Shown: piece after piece, positions 23,101-33,133 of the stretch
Layout of the letters: each line of letters opens with the position of its first letter
Position numbering within the stretch: the stretch's first letter is position 1
Virus record (IMG/VR): IMGVR_UViG_3300027304_000003
DNA from: a virus
Lineage: Duplodnaviria > Heunggongvirae > Uroviricota > Caudoviricetes
DNA length: 64,000 nt
Reading direction: 5' to 3' (one strand)
Translations under genes and position numbers: made by a program
Notes under the pieces: model-generated
What the model was told of the DNA's origin: nothing
Database searches by the model: none
The model's input: the letters and a program-made list of their open reading frames with translations, nothing else

Positions 23101-23279
23101 ATAGGAGGATTGCCAAAGTCAGTCAACTGATGTAATTGGTCATTAACCATTTTACTACCCATGGCAGCTTTCTTAAACTCTTTCTTGTGAGCTTTCATAA
23201 ACGCTTCCTCTGATGGATATTTCTTATAGAACTCCTTCTCAGATTTAACTCCAGCAATCTTTAACATTTGGTCTTTCAT
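20178..23279 (-). CDS. 1033-aa Gly/Ala/Met/Gln-rich virion protein (internal/ejection-protein-like). It has a glycine-zipper-like hydrophobic segment AGGFDAAGAGMAALGALPAIIGGIEAIGA.
   Basis: Long ORF with low-complexity composition typical of phage internal/ejection proteins. Confidence 0.75.
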   Translation of the reverse strand: MKDQMLKIAGVKSEKEFYKKYPSEEAFMKAHKKEFKKAAMGSKMVNDQLHQLTDFGNPPIAQYGIGMKKKPQNFNNYLQGTNQAGMNPDGSMKQVGDAFNNASMAKMSGQQMGSDMSAQFATPSADQLLGKNAINSGAKAGGFDAAGAGMAALGALPAIIGGIEAIGAQKKAKKKAEQATQLSGLALTAQQTNERPKNQYVRPEDDKVQPGQLGNPYGNKTNYLQAQNGTMIGGNPTEIQNMYNPGDMYNDLGFEPLEETYKQYRRGGDIPKAEFGEYFQDSGQAQIGSAVGTAAGTALFGPLGGAVGGLAGTFFGNLAGGAKQARELQKQKDKTAMSTSMMGFMENRSQGPLNANVKNGGWISHDWQPQTFTKFGEYSAKDLLKPPHDADMLRAGGHIAQVGYTAPSAEALYTGRPDMPQAQNGSKMALGGELQIGEGGYAETLSYNPNLPSGEIGMFRGASHDNGGIQTQYGENGVEVEGGEPFTVLEDNGSEDGNNLEGGGSKENLVVFGNIKINKEIADLMGDPKAKGKKFKTYIADVAKNDAKQLKTIQKGLDLIEEYDGNSSYDKLGMNSGMANLMGAKAQQKINADKIKEAGLVQDSIHKTANELGVKSDKLAEGKLEKETDISMMGKNGKKMKKAQEGIETLKGLDDEALLDPNYPERMEILKNYYSLNNADREMMKRGMSKPGFMGLGATDLPEAVVSSSKKPKIDYSLLEWPDLPGPFTKAEAETNTKDKKQRKPIDWKKLGDIGKVALSYAEPWLRPSNANEDLNPDQLMGEYYALANNQLEPVQAQQFQPMLDTPYDISFNDQINAIDSQSRAFLRAAGNNPAAQAAVMAQTIEAKNKLFGESNRVNQANKMGVYDKNRAIINDAKLKNLAINDQQYVRQSQAKSNTKAQTIEALKSIGDKVTKQRASNRKLAIMENMYGFRFSPSGRAINMNAPAQFDLSGAGSRRGGLSAAGLPANKRFTIDSVTGEPVGIRTLTKDEMAAGGPSMSELDGAFDNQKKGGKTPKTKARNSSIVKALKSL

Positions 23280-23299
23280 ATTATACTCTATTGTATGAT

Positions 23300-25048
23300 T
23301 TATTTATATTTATTTAACCAGCCACCATTTTTCTTTTCTTCAAAATATCTAGGTTCCATTCCTTTAGGAATATCTCTTGAATAAAACTGATTACCTACAG
23401 GATTATTTAAATATGTTTGAGGATCAAAGTTTGGATTTTGTTTTTTATATTTAGGTTCATCCCACCAATTAATAGGACCTCTTGTAACACTTTGTGTACC
23501 AGTAGATTTATTTATAGTTCTAGGTCTTACGATATGATCATACCCACCTATATCATTTTTAACTCTACCAATTCTTCTAAGATCTAATCCTGTTCCAATA
23601 ACTTCTCTTTCTGCATTAACCATATCAGTTGGGTTTACACCTATACTTGCAGCCCAATCTTTAGATTTACCTTTAAGTAAATCAAAAGTCTTATCTGAGG
23701 GTATTCCATATTCATTTGCTAAAAACTCATTACCCATTTGTTTAGCATATCTGTTTGGTATAACTAATCTATCTACAGCACCACTTTGATAAGATGGTAA
23801 TCCCACACCAGCTGAAAATGAACTTGGACGATCTCCTAAATTCAATTTATTACCTACAAACTCTGCACCTAATGATTGGTTTTCAGGATTAAACCTTCTT
23901 GTAAGGATAGCATTATTATTAATAGTTAATTCATTATTATTGATAGCATTATTTAAAGCATCTTTTTTAGATTGATCAATTGTTCCCCATCTTCCTGTAA
24001 ATGGTTTACTATCATATTGATATTCTAATAACAAAGCTCTATCAGCATCTGATAGTTTATTTGCGTTAGCTATTCCTTTAAACATAGAATCACTTGCTTC
24101 TTGACTAATTCCTTTAGCAGGACTTTTCCAAGCAATAGGTAAAGCAGACTCACCTGTAGCTACTGTATTATAAATTCTACCAGTTTGTTTAACAGCAGCT
24201 TTGGCACCTTTACCAACAAGCTTACCTGCTGCCAATCCACCTTCCATTATCATTGCTGCTTCTATAGCATCTTGCATATTCTCAGCTCCTTTGCTAGCAG
24301 CCATTCTATTTAATGGAGTATTGTCTTCAGCTATTCTTTGTAACTTCTGTTTATCAAACTTAGCTTGTTCTCCTGGTTTAGGAGTGTATTGAGAAATAGT
24401 AGACTTAGGTCTATTCATTCTACTTAATCTTTCTTCAGCTTCTTTCTTTAAAGAATTTGTGTTAGAAATATTATCATACTTACTTAACCAATCTCCATTC
24501 TGAGCCATAGGAAACTCTGTAACCTTCTCACCATCAAACTTATAATCTTGATCAGGATACATCATCTGTGTATCACCTGTATCAGATACACCAAGTACAG
24601 GATAGTCAACTCCCTGCATAGTGATGTTATTAGAACCTATCTCTGTTATTTCACCTGGGTAAGCCCATTGTCCTCTATCATCTTTAATCACAGAACCATT
24701 CTTACTTATAGTCTTAGGTTTGAAGTCTAGTCCATTCTGATAGAAACTCATTTCCTTGCCATTCTGAGCACTTGCTTTTGTCTTCTTAGTATACTTACCA
24801 TTAGCAGGAGCTGAGCCAGCTGTGCGTGCGTATGTGAATCCTACAGCACCTGGTAAAGCACCTCCCATTGCAAACTGTCCACCCCATGCTGGAGACTTCC
24901 AGTTGTATGCTGTATATCCTTCTCCTACAAAGTTAGGACCTGCAGATACTTTGACATCATTAACATTAGGTTTCTTACCATAGTTATCTTTAGTCTTTTT
25001 CTTTAAGACCAAACCTCCTTGTTCATATTTGTCTAACCACTTTGCCAT
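23300..25048 (-). CDS. 582-aa virion protein, unknown function.
   Basis: Long ORF. Its stop overlaps the downstream gene's start by 1 nt (translational coupling). Confidence 0.8.
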   Translation of the reverse strand: MAKWLDKYEQGGLVLKKKTKDNYGKKPNVNDVKVSAGPNFVGEGYTAYNWKSPAWGGQFAMGGALPGAVGFTYARTAGSAPANGKYTKKTKASAQNGKEMSFYQNGLDFKPKTISKNGSVIKDDRGQWAYPGEITEIGSNNITMQGVDYPVLGVSDTGDTQMMYPDQDYKFDGEKVTEFPMAQNGDWLSKYDNISNTNSLKKEAEERLSRMNRPKSTISQYTPKPGEQAKFDKQKLQRIAEDNTPLNRMAASKGAENMQDAIEAAMIMEGGLAAGKLVGKGAKAAVKQTGRIYNTVATGESALPIAWKSPAKGISQEASDSMFKGIANANKLSDADRALLLEYQYDSKPFTGRWGTIDQSKKDALNNAINNNELTINNNAILTRRFNPENQSLGAEFVGNKLNLGDRPSSFSAGVGLPSYQSGAVDRLVIPNRYAKQMGNEFLANEYGIPSDKTFDLLKGKSKDWAASIGVNPTDMVNAEREVIGTGLDLRRIGRVKNDIGGYDHIVRPRTINKSTGTQSVTRGPINWWDEPKYKKQNPNFDPQTYLNNPVGNQFYSRDIPKGMEPRYFEEKKNGGWLNKYK

Positions 25049-25914
25049 TACTTATAAGAGATTTGAGCAGGTGTAATAATGAATTGAGAAACAATGTGAG
25101 CTATAGAACTGTTATCAAGGATATGTCTTACCTTCAAGTCTTTAGCTCTTAATGGTTCTTTCTTAAATGATCTTTTTCCATAATCCATATTCACTTGATT
25201 TACAACCTTATCTATTGATAAAGATTCACAACTTGTTGTAAATAAAGGTAATGCTTTATTTTTAACTAACCCCCAAAAAGTATTATATTGATAGAAATTA
25301 TCTGACTTAGTATAAGTGATAGTTTTGCTTTCAGTATTATAGATTGGGTAGGTTAAGTATTGTTTTAGGTTATGCATTGGCTTAGGTACTAACTCTAATA
25401 TACCTGTGGACTGTTGGCTATTGTATAATACAGCTTTGTTAAACCATTGATTATCAACAGCTATCTGAGCATTGTCATTAAACACACCATCTAGAATAGG
25501 TAGGTAGTTATATACCTTACTGTAGTCTTTTACATTCTGAAGTATCTCATCATAGCTCTGATAAGAGAATGGATACTCAATGATGTAAGGTTCTACATTG
25601 TCATAGTATTTATTATAGTGTACTACACTTGTTAAGTGTCTCCACATAGACGCTGTATTACACACAGTGTATCTTAATGCAGCAAGTTGTTCTATAGTGG
25701 CAGTACCAATTGTAACCTCTAAAATTGTACGACACTTACCTACAGATGTTATAATAATCTTAGTAACAGCATCATCTACACTGACAGTATACCCATCAAT
25801 TAGATTTTGCTTAGTGATGTCAGTGCCCAAGACTGTCCCTAAGTTATCAGTGATATCAAAGGGTCCTGTTCTGCCACCTGAGCATGTTAATCTTATTATT
25901 ACTGTTTTAGCCAT
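25048..25914 (-). CDS. 288-aa protein. Its N-terminal domain of about 70 aa is paralogous to the N-terminus of the 284-aa protein at 34564-35418 (shared appendage-anchor-like module).
   Basis: TVIIRLTCSGGRTGPFDITDNLGTVLG...GYTVSV...IIITSVGKC aligns with TVLVTLTLAGVDTGPFNLYSDADGFTT...GYSLTGV...TIIRTQSEGAC. Confidence 0.7.
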   Translation of the reverse strand: MAKTVIIRLTCSGGRTGPFDITDNLGTVLGTDITKQNLIDGYTVSVDDAVTKIIITSVGKCRTILEVTIGTATIEQLAALRYTVCNTASMWRHLTSVVHYNKYYDNVEPYIIEYPFSYQSYDEILQNVKDYSKVYNYLPILDGVFNDNAQIAVDNQWFNKAVLYNSQQSTGILELVPKPMHNLKQYLTYPIYNTESKTITYTKSDNFYQYNTFWGLVKNKALPLFTTSCESLSIDKVVNQVNMDYGKRSFKKEPLRAKDLKVRHILDNSSIAHIVSQFIITPAQISYK

Positions 25915-25927
25915 TTATATTATTTTA

Positions 25928-28900
25928 TTATACTGGACAAGTTGGTGGAGTTACATTCTGTGCTGTTAAATTTACAAGACCATAAACAGGAGTTGGAGTT
26001 ACTAAGTAATCCTCATACCCCTCTACACTAGTAATTGGTCCACTTGTATATATTGTTCCACCAGCTGTTACATCACATACGTTAAATTGTATAATATTTC
26101 CTGAACCTGATACCCACTCACCACGTATGGTGTAAGGTAACTCGCTTATCAATGGGTATATAGTTCCACTTTGAACACTTCCTGCTGTAGATGTAATGCT
26201 TAATAATTGAGATGCAACATTATTAAATATTGTTAATGCTCCTCCTGATTGATTACCAACTCTCCAATCTAATCTAACTGTTGTTGGTGCAGCTGTGGTA
26301 GTTGTTGTAGTAGTTGTACAATCTGTACAAGCTGCTGTTCCTTCTAATGTACAAGCAGACTCTGTTACCACTGCTGTACCAGATAGGTTACAGTAGTATA
26401 TAACTGTTGTTGTAGTTGTAGTGGTAGGAGAAGGAATCTCTGTTACAGCCACTGCTGAGATGTTACAACCTTCATTTAATCCTGAATAGAAGAAATTGTT
26501 TTCTCCTATGTAGAAGTTAGGTATGTATGTATGGAAGCTCACCCAACTCTTAGTATTGAAGTTAAAGGATACTGTCCATGATTTATTACAGAAATAGTTT
26601 AAGTCTGTTATTTCAATATATCTTTTAACTGAAGTGTTTCCAGCTACAGGTTGATTTATATAAAACTCTTTAGTCAACTCATCATAGAATATGTTCTTAT
26701 CTGGCTGAGGGATATAGTCTAACTTAGTGATAATCACTCTATCATACTTACTATCATACACACCATGAAGACCAATGTTTTTAAAATGATTATCTATATC
26801 AACAGTAGGATAGTATCTTAATATCTCAAATGACAAATGGTCTGTAAAGAATCTGTTAAGACCAGAACCATATCCAGATATGTCAGTTGCTTGGGTACCA
26901 GTTATTAAGAATATCTGTCCTCTCTTAGCATCTACAGTTATTTGTCCTTGAGGTATCTTAAGTAAGAACTTATTCTGACTACCCACATATCCAAGATCTG
27001 TCTCAGCATAATCTATAGGAGGTGGTTCAACACTGCTGAACAATGAAGGATTACCTAAATAAGCTGCTTGAGGATTGCTTGTATTCACTGTTAACATATT
27101 ACCATATAACAATGTCTTGTTCTCAAATCTAGCCAATGTTGCTCTATTCTGTATACCATCTAAAGATATTAGATTGCCATAGTTCTGAGGAAAATCAAAG
27201 AAACTTATTGGACGATATATCAACCAGCTATTTATTCTGTTATCAGAATAACTTTCTTGTCTATCAGAGTATATTGCTCTGAATGGAAAGTATGTATAAC
27301 ATAATTGTTGTTTCCAATCTGAAGGCAAATGAGAAAAGAAATTCTCTGTGTTTTGCTTAGAAAAAGTATTATTGTAATAATATGTATTATCAAATGTAAT
27401 AGGCACCACTGATTCTTGGAACCAAGTATCAGGAATACCTGAGCTTACGTGTGGGTAGAAGTCACCTTCTAAGTTATTAAAGGCTTGACGTAAGTCTACA
27501 TTGATAGAAGTTTCTACATAGTAGTAAGGAACACCATAAGCAAATGTATACATCTTACCATCATATACATAGTTTTGGTTACCAAGTAATGTTGTACCTG
27601 GAGCAGGTGTTGTAGAAGAAGTAGTAGTGGTAGTATTAGGATCATCTACTTTAGTATTATTAGGACAGTCTAGATAATTAGCTTTTACTGATATAATGTT
27701 CTTCATCAAAGTACCACCTACATAATAGTCATACAATACAGATCTAGCAGAATACCAATATTGTGGATATGCTACATTACCTATCTCATCATAAAATATA
27801 TCAGAATCATCTGGAGCTCCCACTCTATTATCAATAAAGAATGGTAGTTTAGTTTTAAATCCAAACTTACCAATAAACGTATCTCCACCAAATATCACTT
27901 CAGGATCAGGAGAAGGCAATGCTCCAAATATTCTTTGGAATCCTGTATCAATAGTTTGATATGAATATATCTGTCCATATTGACCATTGTTAATTGTCTT
28001 TATAGAACCATAATATGAAACAACCTTTATAGGTTCCTGAAACTCAGGGGCTCCACAATTTCCTCTTTGTGAAAGTGTAAATCTTGAGTTATCACTAATC
28101 TGACTTGTTCCTGCTACGACAAGAGAAGTTGTTTGGTTAGGGTATGGTAAAGGTGCTACAAATGCACCATTTCTATTTTCAATACTTTTAGTGTAAACAG
28201 ATGATTCTCTGTTCCAGTTATTAAGATCAAGATCATCTCCTACATTCTGTACACCAGGGAATATGTATTGATATCTATCAAGCTCTCTTTGTTTAATTCC
28301 TTGATCGTTTTGAATATCTGCACTATAGTCATAGCTAGATATAGAGTTGAAAGAATATGCAAAGTTTCTTCTAGTAGCACCATTTACATATATCTGTAAA
28401 TAAGTTTGGTATGCTGTGAACATTGCTGTGGCACTAAATCCACCTAGATCAGCAATCTTTTTACTAGAGTTCAATGCATCTATTTGTGCTTGTATAGTAA
28501 GAAGTCTATACATTGAATGTTTCTTCACTTGAACAAAGTGAGCTCTACCAGCTCCAAATAATACACTCTCAAGCTTAAGAACAGATCCTAATGTAGGTTG
28601 TCCAAAAGAAGTTTCTGGTGAATTAAATACTTGTCTATATGGAGATTGAGCATTATTAAATCCATCTAGTTGATCAGGAAAACAATTCATATTTACACTA
28701 CTTCCTGCAACTATTGTAAATTTATCACAACCTGATACAAACACAGGAGTACCAATTGAATTAACTGTTTCTGAAGTACCTTTTTCTACAATTATAAATT
28801 CTGTAACTAATGTAACAGGATTTTGATAACTGAAAGTAGGACTTGGTTGAAAACTTAAAAATCCATTACATCCATTTTGTGCAGAGATTATAAAAGTTTC

Positions 28901-31018
28901 AGGTGTAACATTTTGAAACGTAGCAGTACCAGTATTTATAACAGGAAGTGTAAGAGAACACACTTCAGTGGTTGCTGTAGTAAATTCAAGACTAGTTACT
29001 TCTCCTGTATTACAGTTTGTATATTGTAAAGCACCATCAACAGTAGCTGTAACTTTGAACGTATCACATTGAGACATATACGCATTACTATCCTGAAGTA
29101 AGAATGGATCTACATTTAAGTCATTGTAAGGATAGTTAGGATAATAGTATTCTGTTTCTTCTCTTTTATATTTACCTACATTTCTTAATATACCTTTAGC
29201 AATAATAGATTTGTTTGTAGATCTATTACCTCTAACTATTTTAAATCCAACAATAGCATCTTTCTCAGCATCTGTTAAGCTAGAAGATTGAATAAGAAAT
29301 CCCACTTGTTGTACATCTATCTTTACACCTATTGGATAAATAGCATTAGATGCCTGCATCACTGGTTCTATTTGACCTCCAACATATGTAATAGGAGGAG
29401 TCTCAAAATAAGGAGATACTAATACATCAGGAAACTTATGATGTCTAATTGGTTCACCAGCAAGATCTCCCCATACGTCTACATTACAAGGATATGTATC
29501 TGTAGATTCCCAATAAGAAAAGTCTCCAGATTGGTATGGATAGGCTTCTCCTATTTTACCAGCATCTCCTATAGGAACAGGATATGTAACTAATACACTA
29601 CCTGTATTATATATTTTCCAATAAGGAGCTACAGTTCCTTCTCCAATAAAGTCAGCATTAGTATTATATACAGGAGTTAAATCAGTAGAAATTGCTGTTC
29701 TACCAGGAATGTGAAAACCATCTGTTTGTTTACCATTGTCTAATAAAAAGACTATTTCAAAGGCATACACTTCATCTCTTAAATATCCTCTAAGATTAGC
29801 AGTGTAGAAACCATCAGCATATGTATTGTTAGCTGGTAATTTATATGTCTCCCATTGAAGTTGAATTTGACTAGCAATGCTTTGATAGTTAATCCTATCA
29901 ATAGAAGTAAGGTTGTCCCAAACTATAACATCTTGTACGTTTGTAAGGTCTTGAGCAATCTCATAGTAAGGAAACTTCTCAAGTATATCAGGAAGACTTA
30001 AAGGAATATTGGTTAAAGCTTGACCTGTATAAGTGATTGTTCTGTCTTTATCTTGGATATTATAAGTACCCATAAGTTCTACAGATGTACCACCATTTAT
30101 AGTTTTAATAATAGCTATATTAAAATATTGGAAGTATCCTGTAATATCTATATTATTTATGTTTATTACAATAGATTTTCCTACAGAATATTGAAAGTCA
30201 GGTGTTGTTACTTCTGTATTTGCAATTGATGTAGGATTAGTAATAGAGTAGTAGGAGGTATATGCATCACCTGAAGCATTACAGTATTGAATAGCAAACT
30301 GATATGTACCAGCTTGGATATCTCCACCTACAACAATATCAATAATGTCCAAGCTAGGAATGCTAAAGTTAGGTTGTACTTTTAACTTGTTACAATCAAG
30401 TGTAGGAGGAAGTTGGATTTGTGGATCACAGTTTTGATCACTAAGATAGGCAGCTACGTATGGAACTTGATCAATATTAATATATCTTCTTGGATTAAGA
30501 CCATCTGTCCAATAAACCTCAGTGCTACAGTTGGTAATCTTATGTACAGCTTTATGAATAGGATAGTCAATGTTAAAGTTCAAACAAGTTGAATTTGCAC
30601 AAACTATTAAATCTGTATCAGGGATTGGAGTACACAATGTACGATATACACAATCATTGTTTTCCATATATCCTATCTCACTTCCTCCTGTTTCAGGATT
30701 AGCTAAGAAGAATATATGTTTATTTTTCTCTTGTATGAAATGTGTTCCAATAAGTTGATAGCCTTCAGGAAACTCTAGACAAGCTTCATTACCAGGTTCA
30801 TTCTGATAGTTTACAGAGTTAGCATCAAAGTTTTCTAGTGCTGCGTTTAGTGCATACGAAAGTTTTCCCTTCTGTACTTGATTTACAGAAGAGTCCATAT
30901 CTAGTCCAATTCTTCCAAGATTAAATTCTTGTTTTATGTTAGATGGTCCTTCTTGGTTATCTGCCATATCTTGAGCTTCTGTTTGGTAATTCATATTGTG
31001 CAAAACGTTGTAAGTCAT
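25928..31018 (-). CDS. 1696-aa tail/appendage protein with poly-Thr linkers (TTTTSSTTPAPGTT, PSPTTTTTTTV, TTTTTTTTAAPTT) and a C-terminal putative carbohydrate-binding domain.
   Basis: Long ORF. The start is uncertain: the ATG at 31018 overlaps the upstream gene by 62 nt. The alternative Met (MADNQ...) at about 30967 overlaps by only 11 nt. Confidence 0.8.
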   Translation of the reverse strand: MTYNVLHNMNYQTEAQDMADNQEGPSNIKQEFNLGRIGLDMDSSVNQVQKGKLSYALNAALENFDANSVNYQNEPGNEACLEFPEGYQLIGTHFIQEKNKHIFFLANPETGGSEIGYMENNDCVYRTLCTPIPDTDLIVCANSTCLNFNIDYPIHKAVHKITNCSTEVYWTDGLNPRRYINIDQVPYVAAYLSDQNCDPQIQLPPTLDCNKLKVQPNFSIPSLDIIDIVVGGDIQAGTYQFAIQYCNASGDAYTSYYSITNPTSIANTEVTTPDFQYSVGKSIVININNIDITGYFQYFNIAIIKTINGGTSVELMGTYNIQDKDRTITYTGQALTNIPLSLPDILEKFPYYEIAQDLTNVQDVIVWDNLTSIDRINYQSIASQIQLQWETYKLPANNTYADGFYTANLRGYLRDEVYAFEIVFLLDNGKQTDGFHIPGRTAISTDLTPVYNTNADFIGEGTVAPYWKIYNTGSVLVTYPVPIGDAGKIGEAYPYQSGDFSYWESTDTYPCNVDVWGDLAGEPIRHHKFPDVLVSPYFETPPITYVGGQIEPVMQASNAIYPIGVKIDVQQVGFLIQSSSLTDAEKDAIVGFKIVRGNRSTNKSIIAKGILRNVGKYKREETEYYYPNYPYNDLNVDPFLLQDSNAYMSQCDTFKVTATVDGALQYTNCNTGEVTSLEFTTATTEVCSLTLPVINTGTATFQNVTPETFIISAQNGCNGFLSFQPSPTFSYQNPVTLVTEFIIVEKGTSETVNSIGTPVFVSGCDKFTIVAGSSVNMNCFPDQLDGFNNAQSPYRQVFNSPETSFGQPTLGSVLKLESVLFGAGRAHFVQVKKHSMYRLLTIQAQIDALNSSKKIADLGGFSATAMFTAYQTYLQIYVNGATRRNFAYSFNSISSYDYSADIQNDQGIKQRELDRYQYIFPGVQNVGDDLDLNNWNRESSVYTKSIENRNGAFVAPLPYPNQTTSLVVAGTSQISDNSRFTLSQRGNCGAPEFQEPIKVVSYYGSIKTINNGQYGQIYSYQTIDTGFQRIFGALPSPDPEVIFGGDTFIGKFGFKTKLPFFIDNRVGAPDDSDIFYDEIGNVAYPQYWYSARSVLYDYYVGGTLMKNIISVKANYLDCPNNTKVDDPNTTTTTSSTTPAPGTTLLGNQNYVYDGKMYTFAYGVPYYYVETSINVDLRQAFNNLEGDFYPHVSSGIPDTWFQESVVPITFDNTYYYNNTFSKQNTENFFSHLPSDWKQQLCYTYFPFRAIYSDRQESYSDNRINSWLIYRPISFFDFPQNYGNLISLDGIQNRATLARFENKTLLYGNMLTVNTSNPQAAYLGNPSLFSSVEPPPIDYAETDLGYVGSQNKFLLKIPQGQITVDAKRGQIFLITGTQATDISGYGSGLNRFFTDHLSFEILRYYPTVDIDNHFKNIGLHGVYDSKYDRVIITKLDYIPQPDKNIFYDELTKEFYINQPVAGNTSVKRYIEITDLNYFCNKSWTVSFNFNTKSWVSFHTYIPNFYIGENNFFYSGLNEGCNISAVAVTEIPSPTTTTTTTVIYYCNLSGTAVVTESACTLEGTAACTDCTTTTTTTTAAPTTVRLDWRVGNQSGGALTIFNNVASQLLSITSTAGSVQSGTIYPLISELPYTIRGEWVSGSGNIIQFNVCDVTAGGTIYTSGPITSVEGYEDYLVTPTPVYGLVNLTAQNVTPPTCPV

Positions 31019-31913
31019 TTCTTACTCTTCTTTGCTTTGTCCATGGATCTTGTTTCTTAATCTCAATGTAAGCCATGATAAAGGCTTCTTCTGAAAGTTG
31101 CTTATAGTAGGCTAACTTAGCTTGTATTTGATTGAATGTCTCATCATTAATTTGATTAGATAAGGTTTCAAAAACTTTGTATTTAAGGAACGCTTCTATA
31201 TATTCTCTGACACGATAGTTATCAGGAATCAATTGATTACCTATAGCATCATAGTCTGTAGCATAAAATATCATGTGAACTATAGCACAGCTAAAGTTAG
31301 TGACAAACTTATTGTCTCTAATATCAAAGCTATCATAACCAGCACTTCCTGGAGTAAACTCATGTACAGGAGGAGCAGTTGAATAGAATTGCCAAGCATC
31401 TGTATAACTTACATCACACTTACCTTGACAAGATATATTGCCTGGTTTTAATAGATATTCTTTTCTTATACCTCTAGCTACTTGTTGATTGGTTTTATAT
31501 ACAGCTTGGATGATATCAGGCATACACGTAGGGCATCCTGTTGTACAATTAGGTTCTACGCAAGGAACTCCACCACTAATGATAGGAGAGACTTGAATAG
31601 TAGTCTGAGATGCAGCTTGAGAATAGAATGAGTTAGCTGTTTGATATGGACGTTGAGGAATCTCTGTACACATCCAAGCTTCTCTAACAGCAAAGAAGTT
31701 GTCAGGAAGTCTAGCTTCGTATCCAGAGATATCTAATGTTTGTTCAGCAATGACATAACTTGACCTACCCATCTTTTGTAGACACTTGTCTAAATAAGTT
31801 GGGAACATCAAATCATCAACAGCTCCTGTGTCAAAATAAGATTTTAACTCTTCTTTAACAATAGAGTAGATTGGCTCAGGAGAGACAAAGTTGTATTTGT
31901 AATAATATGCCAT
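30957..31913 (-). CDS. 318-aa Cys-containing structural protein, unknown function.
   Basis: ORF in the same operon. Confidence 0.7.
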   Translation of the reverse strand: MAYYYKYNFVSPEPIYSIVKEELKSYFDTGAVDDLMFPTYLDKCLQKMGRSSYVIAEQTLDISGYEARLPDNFFAVREAWMCTEIPQRPYQTANSFYSQAASQTTIQVSPIISGGVPCVEPNCTTGCPTCMPDIIQAVYKTNQQVARGIRKEYLLKPGNISCQGKCDVSYTDAWQFYSTAPPVHEFTPGSAGYDSFDIRDNKFVTNFSCAIVHMIFYATDYDAIGNQLIPDNYRVREYIEAFLKYKVFETLSNQINDETFNQIQAKLAYYKQLSEEAFIMAYIEIKKQDPWTKQRRVRNDLQRFAQYELPNRSSRYGR

Positions 31914-31919
31914 ATTGTT

Positions 31920-32396
31920 TTAATTTTTCCATTGCCTGTAAAGGTGCTGGTATTTTTCGTCTGTGTTTATGTAATGGGACAACAATCTAGAAGTTGTACG
32001 AGAGGGTTTGAAATACCAAAGATTTATATTTCTAATTCTAGCAGACTCTTTAAACCACATCCATCCAAAGAAGTAACCTTCTGTATGGTAATTGAAGTTG
32101 TAGATGATCTTGCCTTTTTCTCTGCTTCTTTTCCAATCAACTGGTAAGTTAACCATCTCTTTACCATCAACTGTTTTCATCTTCTTTCTCTTCTTTTTAT
32201 TGATAGAGAACTCACCAAAGCCAAAAGGAAGTCTTGCTCTTTCTCCTGTTTCTAGAATGTAGTTTTTGAAATGTTCATTATATTGATATATAATGTTTTT
32301 CCACTGATCAAATGTAATTTTTACAGTGGGGTTTTTTTTGCAGAAGTTGTTGTAGTTTTCTTTACTGGAGCTTCTCCAATCAATCTTGGTTCGCAT
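31920..32396 (-). CDS. 158-aa basic protein, unknown function.
   Basis: ORF; its stop/start is coupled to its neighbours. Confidence 0.6.
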   Translation of the reverse strand: MRTKIDWRSSSKENYNNFCKKNPTVKITFDQWKNIIYQYNEHFKNYILETGERARLPFGFGEFSINKKKRKKMKTVDGKEMVNLPVDWKRSREKGKIIYNFNYHTEGYFFGWMWFKESARIRNINLWYFKPSRTTSRLLSHYINTDEKYQHLYRQWKN

Positions 32397-33133
32397 TAGC
32401 TAGTTGGTTTAGCATTAGGAGCTTGACCATCTATACCATCGAATGTCATGTCTGTTTTAATGCTAAAGTAAGTAGATAATAGTTTTTGAGATGTTAACTC
32501 TAATACTTGTTTCTCTAAGTAACCAGGACATCCAAACTCTTTATCTAAAGGGTTTAAACAGTAATCTTCATTACTTACTGGAGGAGTAGGACCACATGCA
32601 CAGTCTGATGGATATAATATATCATTAGGAATATCTTCTTCAAAGAATGCAGCAATTCTTACTGATTGTAAACTAGGATTATTAACATATAAATATCCAC
32701 CATTTGCTATCCAGTAGTATTGCTCTTTCTTAATGATAGGCAGCTTTAATAAATTTAAATATCTGTTAATTGTGATCTCTTTAAATCTTCTTCCTTTACC
32801 ACCCATAGCGTTGATAGAGTAAACACCTTGGATAAGATATTGATAGTTTCCTTCACTGATGCGAGGAAGTTTATATTGGCTTCTTGCTACATTGCAAGGA
32901 TCTACATACTCACAACAATCAGAAATAGGAACCTCTACCATACTCAAACAAGGAAGTGTCTGGAATACTGTATCAGTAGCCCAAAGCTTTCTAAGATTTG
33001 TTTCTCTCTTAATTAGTAAAAATGTATTGTTCCTGATCTCAGACGCAACAACCCTATCAGTGATAAGGTTATCTGTTGTTAATAGTTTGTGCATTGCACG
33101 AACATCTGAGACCATTTTTCTTAATGTAGCCAT
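32396..33133 (-). CDS. 245-aa Cys-rich protein, unknown function.
   Basis: ORF; ATGA-type overlaps on both sides. Confidence 0.65.
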   Translation of the reverse strand: MATLRKMVSDVRAMHKLLTTDNLITDRVVASEIRNNTFLLIKRETNLRKLWATDTVFQTLPCLSMVEVPISDCCEYVDPCNVARSQYKLPRISEGNYQYLIQGVYSINAMGGKGRRFKEITINRYLNLLKLPIIKKEQYYWIANGGYLYVNNPSLQSVRIAAFFEEDIPNDILYPSDCACGPTPPVSNEDYCLNPLDKEFGCPGYLEKQVLELTSQKLLSTYFSIKTDMTFDGIDGQAPNAKPTS

